This document shows positions 1-13,100 of a DNA stretch of 64,000 nt, piece after piece; position 1 is the stretch's first letter; every line of letters starts with the position of its first letter. The DNA is taken from assembly GCA_040437565.1 (NCBI GenBank), contig JBDOQK010000001.1:186001-250000 (forward strand), given 5' to 3'. The notes below the pieces were generated by a model. That model saw only the letters and a list, made by a program, of their open reading frames with translations. It was not told the DNA's origin and searched no databases. This DNA comes from Albugo candida (lineage: Eukaryota). The position numbers and the translations under genes were made by a program.

Positions 1-430
1 TTGCGGGTTGAAAAATCGAATAAGAATCGATCGCGCCCGACTCACTTGTATTACGGATGTAATGGGGATATTGATTTTTTGTACAAAAAGGAGATCGAAG
101 ATGCGTGTGCGAAAGGTGTACTCAGCTCATTACACGTTTCATATTCTCAGCCAAGTTCTGAATCTCAGGTAGGTGACACGCGTCTGGGGCACACAGTCCC
201 CTTTTCTGAATCGTATCTACCTTTCCAATTAGGGTTTCTACGTGCAAGATGAATTGTTGGCGCAAAAAGCGTTCATTCGTAGTCATTTATTACATGACAA
301 GGGGCTTTTGTATGTCTGCGGGAGTCGAGTGTTAGGACAGTATATTCGTCAGACACTGGAAACGATTTTGGACACCAACGTTTTGGATGCGCTGATGCAT
401 CGCAATCAAGTCATTTTTGAGACGTGGTGA
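1..430 (+). CDS. 3' end of NADPH-dependent diflavin oxidoreductase (cytochrome P450 reductase/NOS/MTRR-like NAD-binding domain); exons <1-168 and 233-430
   Basis: Motifs LYYGC, YSQ, YVQD, LYVCG and terminal ETW. GT-AG intron 169-232 joins the two ORFs in frame (SESQ|GFYVQD). Confidence 0.8.
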
Positions 431-725
431 GCAGCTGAGAACAGATGAGGATGCGTCATTCTCTCTATCTGAGACGTGTGTGAGATGAGTGTCCAATCAG
501 GTGTAAAATGCCCTAAACATTTTTATTCTTTCATTATTTCTGTAAAAACGCGTATATTGCAATTCGACCTTTCTTACGCCTTCTCTTACAATAATTTCGT
601 CTCAAAGTCGCAAGCGTAAGCAGTTGTCCATAAAAGAATCAAGCAATCATAGCGACTTGGGTGACGAACTTTATTCATTTCTCTTTCCTCGTCAGTCAGT
701 TCAATTCACTTTAGAGCCAGATTTA

Positions 726-1595
726 ATGACGGTTTTACGTCCATGGGAGTCAACTTCGTCCTTTGAGATGGGGCCTACCTTCCCTTGTCGCTCCAACAAT
801 TCAGCCTGCAACGGATCTTCATTCCCTCAACTCACGCACTTGCCATCCGATACAAATACTGCAATAACAGCCTACAAGGTGCGAAGTCACAGTGTATCGA
901 TTCGGGAGAAACGTGCACTTACGCCATGTTGCGACCATTCCCTGGCACGATCGTGTCCCTCCTTTCGCCCTTGCGACTGTGACGATGATAAGGACAGTCT
1001 CACTGGTATCAAGAGATTTTTATCGCTTAATATTGATCGCAATTTTATGACATGGAAACAATCGGTGCGCGCTGCCGTTCCAAAAATCATACATGGAAGC
1101 TCTCATTCCTCGAAAGCAAGAAAAGGTGTCGTATACGCTGAAGACGGTACTATCGTGAAATGTCGATTTTGTGACATCCTCGATTCGAAACAAAAGACTG
1201 AGATTCTTTATCAAGATGCATTTTTGGCTGTATTCCGACCGCTCACACCATTGGCTGGAACACACATTTTAGTGGTCCCACGATGTCACATACGAAATGT
1301 GAAGGAACTCACCATCGCCCATCGATCCCTTTTACAGCGAATGCGCATCGTGGGCGAATACGTACTGGCCCATCAAACAACTCAGACTCAGGCTCAGACG
1401 ACCTCATCTGATCCCGAGATCAATAAGTTCGCATTTCACTTGCCTCCATTCAATAGTATCGACCACGTTCACATGCACGCCTTCCGTACACCGCGGAACG
1501 CATCAGTCAACTCATTCCATGCTTTGAAGTACTGCACAGAAACCTGGTGGTGTCAATCATACGAGAAAATAATGCAACAATTAGCATCCGCATGA
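726..1595 (+). CDS. HIT-family nucleotide hydrolase (HINT3-like) with N-terminal extension
   Basis: CRFC..., HILVVPRCHI and FHLPPFNSIDHVHMH (HxHxH triad). First in-frame ATG at 726; ORF open from 624, true start uncertain. Confidence 0.8.
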   Translation: MTVLRPWESTSSFEMGPTFPCRSNNSACNGSSFPQLTHLPSDTNTAITAYKVRSHSVSIREKRALTPCCDHSLARSCPSFRPCDCDDDKDSLTGIKRFLSLNIDRNFMTWKQSVRAAVPKIIHGSSHSSKARKGVVYAEDGTIVKCRFCDILDSKQKTEILYQDAFLAVFRPLTPLAGTHILVVPRCHIRNVKELTIAHRSLLQRMRIVGEYVLAHQTTQTQAQTTSSDPEINKFAFHLPPFNSIDHVHMHAFRTPRNASVNSFHALKYCTETWWCQSYEKIMQQLASA

Positions 1596-1623
1596 CAAGA
1601 GCTCTGTATTACGCACTTATCGT

Positions 1624-4600
1624 CTAAGTTTCAGGACATAGAACCGACGGGAACAACATTCCGATACGCGATTGTAAATGAGCTGCCAGATCATTATCAC
1701 CACGCTCTTGTGCGAGCTCCAACACGTTCTCATACACAGACAACGCTTCTTTTGTCTGTCGCCAATTCCAACGCTGAGGACCTCCATCAATGTTCTTTGG
1801 ACGGATCAATACATTGGTCATTGCTGTATCGCCTTCCAATTGACTCGCATTCTCGTCTGTGGACTCTACTATTTCGATATTGGACTTTTCAAATAGATCC
1901 AGCAATTTCAGCCCACGTTCCAGGTCCTTGTTCGCGTGTATACTTCGTGCCAACTGACATGTGTCATACACATTGATTTTGAAATCGTTCTGCTCAAACC
2001 ATTGCGCGATGGTATCGGCTTTTTCTGCATCTTGGGCTTGTAAAGCGAGATTCCACACACGTACGACCGGCATGTATTTGATTTCCAATTTGAGCTCTGT
2101 CAGTTCCTGCAAGGCAGCAAAAGCCTCATCCAATTCTTTTGCTGCTGCCAGCTTTAGGATGTGCCAATAATAACATTGGGCCAAAAGTTTGATTTGACGC
2201 TGAGTCACCTCGCCTTTTTTGTCTTTGAGTTTGGACATATATGTCTCTGGACTGGGAACATACTCCGATTTGATCACTTGAAAAAGCTGTTTGGACATTT
2301 CCACAGTTCCATGAGCCGAGGTTGCGGATAAAAGTCGACAACAAGCATACAGCGGATACACCGATCTTTCACTTTGTGTTTGTTGATAGAGATCAAGAAG
2401 CAGTTTTTGCTGATACTCATCGCCAAAGGTCAAAGTCTCAAGTGCGGAAATGAGCACTTTACTATTCGCTGGAATTCCGCGTTTCTTCATATCGGCGAAA
2501 ATGAGTTCGGAAGCTCGCGGTGTCGTCAGCATTGGACTCTCTTCCTTTTTTGAATCTCGACTTGTGTCGGTATTTCGTCGAAGATGAGATCGCTGGCCCA
2601 ACGCTTTCAGCTCATAATTCAAATCAATATAAAATGTGTTCTTCAAATCAAAGCCAACGTCCACTGCTCGATCCACAGCTGAGGAAAAGTCGTCCAAACG
2701 ATTGTTACTGATCAACATGATGGACAGCGCTCTCAACGCCACTCTGAAACTCGACCAGCTTAATGGGCGCTCACGTTTGACATTTTCCGTTTCCGATGCG
2801 TCCGAGATAGAATGATCTTTCCAATCCTTCCGCACAGCCAGAATCTGCTCATATAACTGTGATAACGCGTCGATATCATTGAATGCAGTAAACGCATCAG
2901 ACGCTACTTTCGTGTCGTAAATGACCGTCTCTGTGTCTTGTAAACGCCGATATATCAGATATTGCGTGTGAGTGGATTCATCGGGGTTTTGTTCGCGATA
3001 GAGTTTAGCGATACTTCTCAGAGCGAATCGATAGCTGGCATTGTAATGATTGCAATAAGTCAAAAAACGAGCGAGTTTCTCATCCTCCTTTGCATGTACC
3101 AACGCCTTCAACACCGTTTTAGCTTTTTGTGGGTCGATGTAAATAGCATTTTCTGAAAAGTGTATCGGGTCTTTAAAGTGCTCCATCGTCGCTCTCTCCA
3201 GAAAAGGCTCTGCGACCTCAGCGGCTTCGGCATACTTTTCCTCACGTATCAGCTTTAGAATTCTGTTGTCCGGCTCTGGAATACTATAAGAGCTTTTTTG
3301 GTTGTTTTGGGCGAGAGCAATAGTCTCCTCGTCAAGCACACTTTCGTTCCGTTGGATGATTTTGTATGTCAAAGAATCGAGGCTCACGGCTTCTTTCATT
3401 TCTTCCAACACACTCATTAGTTCATTTTGACGATTCAGGAACTCTAATGCCAAAAGGATACTGTTGTACGCGTTCGTATTGAGTTTGATGTCGAAATGTT
3501 TCCGATTTTCCAAAATTTTTGCCGCTTGTTCCGTGCAATTGTTATTGATACAAACTTGAAGTAAACTTCGCAACGTGCCGCTGTGTAAACTTTTGCGGGA
3601 TTTTGTGTAAAAGTCAAACGCTAATTGAGGTTCGCCAATGATACCCAAACTGGTAATGACTCGATCAAACACATTCTGGTACCACCATCCTTTTTCGGGG
3701 TCGATAGCGTTCAAGGTAGCAATGACGCGATCCTTATTTCCAGCTTTCGCATGAGTCATCATGATGATGGAATGTAATTCATGAGAGATCTGTACTCGGT
3801 TTTCGTCCATTTTGTTGAGAATCTCATCGGCTTTATCAAATTCTCCTTGATAAAGGTACCCTGCCACACCAAAACGGTATATCAGTTCCGGAATGGATGG
3901 GTTTTCACTCGTTGTATAGTATTGAAGCCCGCTTTCATACGCTTTGACCAATGCATTCCCATCACCTATCCGATTGTAAATACGNNNNNNNNNNNNNNNN
4001 NNNNNNNNNNNNNNNNNNNNNNNNNNNNNNNNNNNNNNNNNNNNNNNNNNNNNNNNNNNNNNNNNNNNNNNNNNNNNNNNNNNNTTTTTCGGGGTCGATA
4101 GCGTTCAAGGTAGCAATGACGCGATCCTTATTTCCAGCTTTCGCATGAGTCATCATGATGATGGAATGTAATTCATGAGAGATCTGTACTCGGTTTTCGT
4201 CCATTTTGTTGAGAATCTCATCGGCTTTATCAAATTCTCCTTGATAAAGGTACCCTGCCACACCAAAACGGTATATCAGTTCCGGAATGGATGGGTTTTC
4301 ACTCGTTGTATAGTATTGAAGCCCGCTTTCATACGCTTTGACCAATGCATTCCCATCACCTATCCGATTGTAAATACGAAACATAAGTCCGTATGTCTCA
4401 AAAGTGATTTCTCGTGGTGCAAACTTTTGCAGATATTTGAATACTTTTTTGAGGAAAGGTGTGTCGTAATTGCGATTCGCACGTGCGATGATCTCGTCGA
4501 GTTTTGCCGCATTTTCAGGATTGTTCGGTTCCTCTACCAGTTGATTTCGGATACTTTTCCATTCCAACTTGAGATTCGTAAAGTCCTGATTGTCGGAAGT

Positions 4601-4783
4601 CTCCTCTGATTCAGGATGAACGGATGTGAACGAGCGAGCTTTTATCAGTGGATACGATATAAATGCAGGAGATTGTGTGCCGAGGGTGTTACTAAGGTGA
4701 CATACTAGCCGTCTGCTTGAAGTCAGGGCGATAGAGCGTTTGGTGACGCGTCTAAGCGCGATCGAACGAACGTGTGTCCACAT
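1624..4783 (-). CDS. Pentatricopeptide-repeat-like alpha-helical repeat protein, probably mitochondrial (~921 aa once the gap duplication is removed)
   Basis: Arg/Ser-rich N-terminus MWTHVRSIALRRVTKRS; PPR-like units (NTNAYNSILLAL, DSLTYKII, TFETYGLMF). ORFs 3962-4783 and 1624-3951 join if the duplicate 3691-3984 = 4085-4378 across the gap is collapsed. Confidence 0.7.
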
Positions 4784-4932
4784 TGTCTTAATGATCGCGT
4801 AGTAGCCAAGCGTTTGCCNNNNNNNNNNNNNNNNNNNNNNNNNNNNNNNNNNNNNNNNNNNNNNNNNNNNNNNNNNNNNNNNNNNNNNNNNNNNNNNNNN
4901 NNNNNNNNNNNNNNNNNNGGGACATTATCAGT

Positions 4933-7564
4933 ATGAAGGTCGTCGCACTTGTCAGTGGCGGCAAAGACAGTTGTTTTGCAATGATGGAATGCGTCAAGTA
5001 CGGGCATGAAATAATTGGTCTTGCTCATCTGTTTCCACAAGAAAATGGGTCGAAAAGCACAGCGGAGATCGATTCATTTATGTTTCAATCGGTCGGCTCT
5101 AATTTGGTGGAAAGCATTGCATCGTGCATGGACGTACCTCTTTGGACCGCAGCAATTGCTGGAAAACCGAATACAACCGATCTGATGTACAATACAGCAG
5201 TTGATGGCGACGAAGTCGAGGATATGTATCAGTTGCTTTTGCAAGTCAAGGTACTTTTCCAGAATTGGTGGCTGAATTGTTTTGACCAAGATTGTGCAGA
5301 AAGAGGTTCCTGATTTGGAAGGTATATGCTCCGGAGCCATATTGTCTTCGTACCAACGTAATCGCGTCGAGAATGTGTGCGTTCATGACGCAAAATTTTA
5401 ATGTTTATGTGGACCACATTTCCAATTAATTGCAATATATTGCTGAATAGCTGTCATCGTCTACAGCTAACTTCATTGACGTATCTTTGGCAACAAGATC
5501 AGCAAGAGCTTCTTGAAAGGATGATTCAAAACCAGGTCCATGCAATTATTATCAAAGTGGCTGCCATTGGACTCGACCCAACACGACATCTCGGCAAATC
5601 TCTGCAGGAAATTCAACCAGAACTCTTGCGTTTGGTATGAATACTTACTGCCTATATTTGACGATTCTAAAAAACTGATAGAAAGAAAAGTATCAACTGA
5701 ATGTCTGTGGAGAAGGCGGTGAATATGAAACGCTTACACTTGACTGTCCATTGTTCAGAAAACGAATCGTCATGTAGGGTGCCGAACTTTCCCGTCTAGA
5801 AATTGACTGAGATTATGCGTGTCTTACTCCAGTAATTCCTCAAGAATTGTGATGCATTCAGACGATTTCTGCGCACCAGTTGCCTACCTTGTAATTGAAG
5901 AAAGCTCTTTGGAGGATAAATATTTGCTAAATCCGCTTCTAAAGCCCCCAATCAGCTCCAATGACCCAAAATCGCCCGACCAGATCCAAGATATCCGGCA
6001 ACTCGAGCCCGCACATTCAGACGACATTACTGCAGCCACCACATTCCGTGATCAGATTCATGTACGAGGTCTCGTATCACGTCTACCCATATCGTCGATC
6101 CAAGAGGACTTGAGCGATATTTTCAATCAATTGCGAGGTAAGAAATAGTTTGATCCCACTCGGATCACTTCTTTCCTTGTTGTAGATATATTGCAAGAGC
6201 GACAAGCTTGCCTCCAGGACATTTGTTTCATCCATTTGTACCTTCAAAATATGAATACGTTTGCAGCTGTAAACCACGAGTATTCGAATCACATTTTTAC
6301 TTGGCAACCTCCGTCCCGAAGTTGTGTGGAATGCAAAGATTTGACAGTGAAAGTCCTTTTGGACTGCTTTGCTGTANNNNNNNNNNNNNNNNNNNNNNNN
6401 NNNNNNNNNNNNNNNNNNNNNNNNNNNNNNNNNNNNNNNNNNNNNNNNNNNNNNNNNNNNNNNNNNNNNNNNNNNNTGAATACGTTTGCAGCTGTAAACC
6501 ACGAGTATTCGAATCACATTTTTACTTGGCAACCTCCGTCCCGAAGTTGTGTGGAATGCAAAGATTTGACAGTGAAAGTCCTTTTGGACTGCTTTGCTGT
6601 ACGTGGGAGTGGAGCTGCTCGCATCGATCCGACTCAGTCTGTGGTACAAGTCCTTCATGTAAGAAGTATCTCGGCTTGGGCTCCGTCCTGCATCGGGCCT
6701 TATAGTCAAGCCACTACGGTGCATCGATCGCTCATCTTATTAGCTGGTCAGATTCCTTTGAATCCGGCAACGATGCAGCTGATAGGTGGAAATTATCAAG
6801 AGCAAAGTCGACAATGCATTCAGAATGCAAATGCCGTCTTACGAGCTCTAGATTCAAATGTGAAAAATGTAATTTCTGCAATTGTGTATGTGGTACCGAA
6901 TCTACAAAACGATTCAGACTATGTACCAACATTCCCCCCATTGCAAGGAAATGTGTTGCAATGTGAGCTCAGGAGCGAACATTCAGATTTTCAAACACCG
7001 GTTTTATTGATTTATGTGAGCAAATTACCACGCGAGAGTTTGGTTGAAGTGGAGCTGACAGCACTCACTCGCACCGCATTTAATACCCTTTGTCCAAATA
7101 CTTTGCAATTGGAGGAAAAGTGCAATCCGTACACGTTTTGGTATCAGATTGTAACAATTTCTCGTGCTGTTTGCCTGATACTTGCGGCCGTCAAGTGCAC
7201 CGAACGAGTTGCAAAGGATATAGATTATGTGGTTTCATCATTGATCGAAAAGATCGATGATGCGATATTGCAAGCGCAATTGTTTTGGAATCAAGTACTC
7301 CACCTTCGCATATTCTACCAAAGACATAATACTATTGATCAGACAAAACTCGTCTCAGGTAGGCGATCTCATTCATTCATTGATGGCATTGACTTTTGTT
7401 CAATAGCGCTACGTATAAGCTGCGAGAAGAAAGGGCTTACGGTACCGGCGATCTCTCTCATTCCTGTTAGTGGGATTCAAAACAAAGCATTCCTAGCGAT
7501 ACAAGTGACAGCTTTGGATATAGACATATTAGATACGAAAATGTGGCTAATGGACCGAGTATAG
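4933..7564 (+). CDS. DPH6: Diphthine-ammonia ligase with C-terminal RidA/YjgF-like domains; multi-exon
   Basis: MKVVALVSGGKDS (PP-loop), DSFMFQSVG, GAILSSYQRNRVENV, CGEGGEYETLTLDCPLF, WAPSCIGPYSQA, AGQIPLNP. First intron 5251-5299; more short GT-AG introns follow. In-frame 225-nt gap artefact around 6377. Confidence 0.9.
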
Positions 7565-7643
7565 TGTGGTACAAGTACTATCGGACACCTCACATTAGGT
7601 AGCATTGTGCCTTAACCAATCAATCTCAACTCAAAGAAACGCC

Positions 7644-8156
7644 ATGCGAATTCATACTTGCTACTTTTGCTCGAGTCCAGTGTATCCTGGACACGGGATA
7701 ACATTTGTCCGCAATGATAGTAAGGTATTCCGCTTTTGCCGCTCAAAATGCCATAAGAATTTCAATCGCAAACGTAATCCTCGGAAAGTGAAATGGACGA
7801 AATCATTCCGTAAAGCTGCTGGGAAGGAAATGGCATTAGATACTACATACGACTTTGAAAAACAACGCAACCGGGTAGTGAAATACGACCGCGATCTAAT
7901 GAATGCGACTATCCACGCGATGCAGCGCGTGCAAGACATCAAACAAAGAAGAGATCAAGACTTTCACAAGAATCGAATGAAGACAGGAAAAGTTAATGAA
8001 CGAGTGCGCGATTTGCGCGAATTGGAGCAAAACATCTCATTAATACAGCCAGCGGTCGCCTCCAAAGTAAATGTGCAAGTCAACTTGAACAACGCGAAGG
8101 AACGGAATGCGGCACAACAGGAAAGTAAACAGTCTTCGATGCTTGTTGATCAATAA
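7644..8156 (+). CDS. RLP24: Ribosome biogenesis protein RLP24 (eL24-like)
   Basis: [40 protein letters not shown]...[10 protein letters not shown], the RLP24/RSL24D1 signature. Confidence 0.95.
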   Translation: MRIHTCYFCSSPVYPGHGITFVRNDSKVFRFCRSKCHKNFNRKRNPRKVKWTKSFRKAAGKEMALDTTYDFEKQRNRVVKYDRDLMNATIHAMQRVQDIKQRRDQDFHKNRMKTGKVNERVRDLRELEQNISLIQPAVASKVNVQVNLNNAKERNAAQQESKQSSMLVDQ

Positions 8157-8394
8157 AATGCATTTTGCTTTTGATGAGTTTATAACATCGTGCACATGTT
8201 ATGTCACTATTTCTGCTTACTGATTAACGTCACAGAACACTCGCACCTTGACACTTGATCAATTATCCTATCAAATCGCGTAAATAGCTTCTTTCCACAG
8301 CGACTCCTTATTCGTCAAAATACGATTCTCAATTTCCATCGAATAGAATTCAAATTGGTGCGCTGTACAAATATCAAATATCGATTGGCTGATA

Positions 8395-9856
8395 ATGTGC
8401 AAAATGCTCCGAAAACTCTGCAGTCCAAAGTTCTCGACGTGCGCCGCGAATGCGACTGTATCACAGGCAGTCCATCGCTTTCCCTCTTATGTAATCAATG
8501 CGCCAGCAACGGAAGTAACAACACTGCCAAGTGGACTTCGTGTTGCGTCTGAAGGCTCTCATGGAGAGACAGCTACTGTCGGAGTTTGGATAGGAGCAGG
8601 CTCGCGATACGAAACAGAGAAAAATAATGGTGCAGCACATTTTTTGGAGCATATGGCTTTTAAAGGGACGTGTAGACGCACACAGAAACAGCTCGAAATG
8701 GAGATTGAAAATATGGGTGGCCATCTGAATGCATACACAAGTCGAGAGCAGACAGTGTATTATGCTAAAGTGTTCAAGAAAGATATTCCACGTGCGTTAG
8801 ATATACTTAGTGACATATTACAAAATTCGCGACTCGATGAGATCGCTATTGAACGAGAGAGAGATGTTATCCTTCGGGAAATGGAAGAAGTCAACAAACA
8901 ACATGAGGAGGTGGTTTTTGATCGTCTTCATGAAACAGCGTACATGGGAAATGGGCTGGGTCGAACCATTTTGGGCCCGCAGGAAAATGTATGTATGATT
9001 TCTGTACCGTAAACATGCTTTTGATCCTCTATTGTAGATTCGTTCCTTGAGCAAACAAGATCTGAGAGATTACATCGCCACCCATTACACAGCAGATAGA
9101 ATGGTGATCGCTGGCGCTGGAGCAATTGATCATCAAGAGTTGGTTCAATTGGCTGAAAAATCTTTTGGCAATCTTCCGACGACTCCTAGCAATTCTCAAG
9201 CCATCAAACTTGACCCTGCTCGATTCATTGGATCGGATATCCGTGTTCCAAATGATTCCGAGTCCTTGGTTCACGTGGCTTTGGCATTTGAGGGATTCAG
9301 CTGGACCAGCGAGTATGCGTTCCCTTTACTTATTATGCAGACTCTTATCGGCAGCTGGGATCGCACTGATGGCGCAGGACTCAACTCTTCATCCAAACTT
9401 GGTCAAGCGGTTGCCGAACACGAACTCGTTCATTCCTACAGCGCATTCAACACGTGCTATCATGATACTGGTCTTTTTGGTGTGTATGCTGTGGCCGATC
9501 CACATAAATTAAATGATTTCATGTGGTACACGCTAGAATCACTGGTACGATTAGTACACAAAACGACGGAAGAAGAAGTGGAACGAGCCAAAATTCAATT
9601 AAAGGCCAGTATGTTGATGCAATTGGATGGCTCATCACCAATATGCGAGGATATTGGGCGGCAATTGCTGACGTACGGTCGACGTCTTACCCCAGCTGAG
9701 ATCTTCATGCGGATCGATACGGTTGATGCAACATCGGTTCGTCGAACTGCTACACAAGTGATCAATGACAAAGCACACGCGCTAGCTGCTGTTGGTCCCG
9801 TGCAAGAGTTACCAGATTATGCGTTTATACGAAAGAGATCTTATTGGGTAAAATAA
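8395..9856 (+). CDS. PMPCB: Mitochondrial processing peptidase beta subunit (M16); exons 8395-8988 and 9038-9856
   Basis: HFLEH zinc motif, [27 protein letters not shown], presequence-like N-terminus. 49-nt GT-AG intron 8989-9037 restores the frame. Confidence 0.93.
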
Positions 9857-10154
9857 ATACAAATGTCACAAATTGAGAGGAGCGTATTCTACAGAGATTT
9901 ATAGAATCGAATATTTTGATATGAAAAACAGGCAGCGACCCTATTCCTTCCAATTTCAGCCAATACGACACCTCCGTTTAATTCTGTCACTCAATACCAT
10001 TACTTTATAGCGATAATGCGTAAAAATCGGTCAATCGAACCCTCTTTTTCAAGAGTTCAGCATTCAATGACACAAAATACGAGCGAGTTTGATCGTAGTC
10101 TCTAAAAAAAAAGTCGAGCGACCAGAGTCTGTGGCTTTTGAAACAGTTTGTACC

Positions 10155-13100
10155 ATGAATATATCGAGAGGGAATGATTTTGATACCCCAAAGTACGTCA
10201 CACCGTCTCCTGCACGTCCATTTGTGGAATTACCTCCCGATACGTATGTATCCGGCCAATTCTCATCTTCGAATGTTATGTCGACATCGGCGAATGCGCC
10301 ATTACAGGATTTTTGTGTCGGTGTAGAATACGATAGCTTGAATGCTGTCATTGAATCCATCCAGCGCTCTAATTTCATACAATTTCAAGGTCAGCGTCGA
10401 TTACAAGTACAAAGTCTTGATTCTGATACAACNNNNNNNNNNNNNNNNNNNNNNNNNNNNNNNNNNNNNNNNNNNNNNNNNNNNNNNNNNNNNNNNNNNN
10501 NNNNNNNNNNNNNNNNNNNNNNNNNNNNNNNNGGCCAATTCTCATCTTCGAATGTTATGTCGACATCGGCGAATGCGCCATTACAGGATTTTTGTGTCGG
10601 TGTAGAATACGATAGCTTGAATGCTGTCATTGAATCCATCCAGCGCTCTAATTTCATACAATTTCAAGGTCAGCGTCGATTACAAGTACAAAGTCTTGAT
10701 TCTGATACAACCCCATCTGCCCGTTTGGTCTGTGAATATCATCCTTGGTGTAACTTTTACATTCTCTTAAATCAAATTCCCACTACACCACGGTACCGAA
10801 TATGCGAATTAGACCTTCGTCATCATCCGCAATGTGATAGCTTGTTACACGATCCGTTTACATCAATTTCAACTGAATGTGCTCCGAATGTATCCTTTGC
10901 GTCACGAATGGTGACGCCAGCGCATTTCCACGCTGCTACCAATGAAAATGAGAAAGAGTCAGAGGCTAATTACAAAAGTACAATTGCGGAAGGGTCCGTT
11001 GCTCGACAGCAGCCACAAGAACAACAGCACATCTCACCGGTTGGTACGACGCTCATTCGCGAGGATCGAAGCGATTCCGAGCACACATTTGTGAATTCAT
11101 TAGAGACCCATGCTGAAGCCTTTAAGAACTCGCTTGCGAGTCCATATCCGTCACAAGCGACCAACTCCAATGTGATGTACGCAGAAGGAAGGGAGATGCA
11201 GGAACAAGCTCATAATCAAAAGTTTAATAAGGCACGACCATTAATTGTGCAGGAAACCCCATCAGGCTCTTTTGGAAATCCGCGAGCGGGATTTGGCGCA
11301 CTTGCAAATTATATGGCAACACCTGTTGCACCACGAACTCCACTTACGGTCATTCGACAAGGTGATAATCTCAGTTCGTACACATTGAGTACCGATATGC
11401 GTTGGGATACCGCGAAAGAGGCAGCTCGAGCCATTTACACTTTTGCATCTCAGGTCCAAAATAAACGAACAAGAATGGATAAGAAATCGAGTGGTGGACG
11501 TAATAAGAAATATGTCTGTGTATGTGCTCATTGTGATTGGTGTGTGCGTTTACTTAAAGTTCTGAAGACGGAACAATGGAAAATCTCATCCATGCAGCTG
11601 CAACATTCGGTCGACTGTGAGGCTGTGTTTCCCAATGCAAATGCCTCTGCGTATTCCTCACAGCTCGCTGGACAAACACCGTCCAGTATTCCGCTAACGC
11701 CTGGAGTTGGAGCTAGTCAAAGTCACGGTATCTCTGCGATCACCACCAGTGATAATCCATACTCCAAATCATTCGGTACGCTCTTGCAAGGTCTTTTGGA
11801 TCGGTACCCGGATAGCGCTGTTGCGATCAAAAATAACGATCAGCAAAACACATTAGCGAATATGTGTATCGTGCCAAGTTGGGCTCGAAATGCGCTACCT
11901 TTCCTCCAGAATGTATATGGCGTGGAAGTGATCGCGTGTAGCGCACCTAAAAGTTTGGAGAAATGCTCAAGTCGATTTGATGGTCAATACTTTATCGCAC
12001 TCATTGGGAAAGATGGAAATTTAGAACCAAGACTTATCGCTTTTGGGTTTGTGGAGTCAATGTCTGAAGAAAATATGCATTGGTTTACGCAAGAATTGGA
12101 ATCTGCTGGATTTCTCATGAATGGGGCTACGGTGTTTGTCGGATACGGCGATCAAAGTATGGCCAGTGGGCTCCAACGCATCTTCCCCCAAGTGAGGCTT
12201 CAATACTGCACTGATAGTTTACTGGCAGCGATAGAAAGCAGCATTATCCCATCTTTACCTTCCGAAATGACAATCACTCTTCGAGAGCAAATTATTGGAG
12301 CACGTACTGCCAGTAATGTGGCGATTTTCCAAGAGTACTTGAACAATATCGCTTCCATCAGCAGCAGCGCAGCCTCCTTCTTACAGCAATTGAATCCAGC
12401 TCATTGGGCGTTATTCGCGAATTTGGGTATCCGTACATACAATTGGACTTCCAACTGTTTCTCCGAGTACCTTCAGCATCATTCTATCAATCATCAGAGC
12501 GCAGCAATGATGGAGAAGCCTTCGTTCCTAACACGTGAAATGCTTCCATTATTGGACACTTATGAGATGATCAAACGCTTTATGTCGGACGCATGCGATC
12601 GCCATATTGGACGCTTTCCAGTTCTGCAGCAGATACAGCAAGAGCAGAACGAATTTATGAACACTGTGGCCATGAAAGTGCCTGAAGACCGCATGAATCC
12701 TCACATTATGGCTCGATCTTTACAGCTTACGCCGAATGGAACCTTATTGGTCGAAAATGAAATATTACAATCAACAGGTTATCAAATTCAAAGTGTCGAC
12801 ACGGATGTTGCGTTTGTGTATTCGCAAAGCGAACACGAGAGGCCAAATCGCGTTAATTTAAGGGATCTCACCTGTTCCTGTGCGTACACATTTCAATTGG
12901 GATTACCATGTCGACATATTGTGGCTACTGCACGTGCAATGCGTGTGATGCCGTCCATTCGTCAAGCCGTAGAGCATATTTACACTATGGGATCGTATCG
13001 TTCCGCGTGTCTGTCTCAAAATCACTCTGTGACGGACAATTCCGTACGTAATACGAATAAATTGGACGATCGAGATATATGCGATCGCGAGGATTCCGAC

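Noticed and set aside
4933-7564. DPH6-RidA fusion as a novelty
   Set aside because: This architecture is already known for fungal and plant Dph6.
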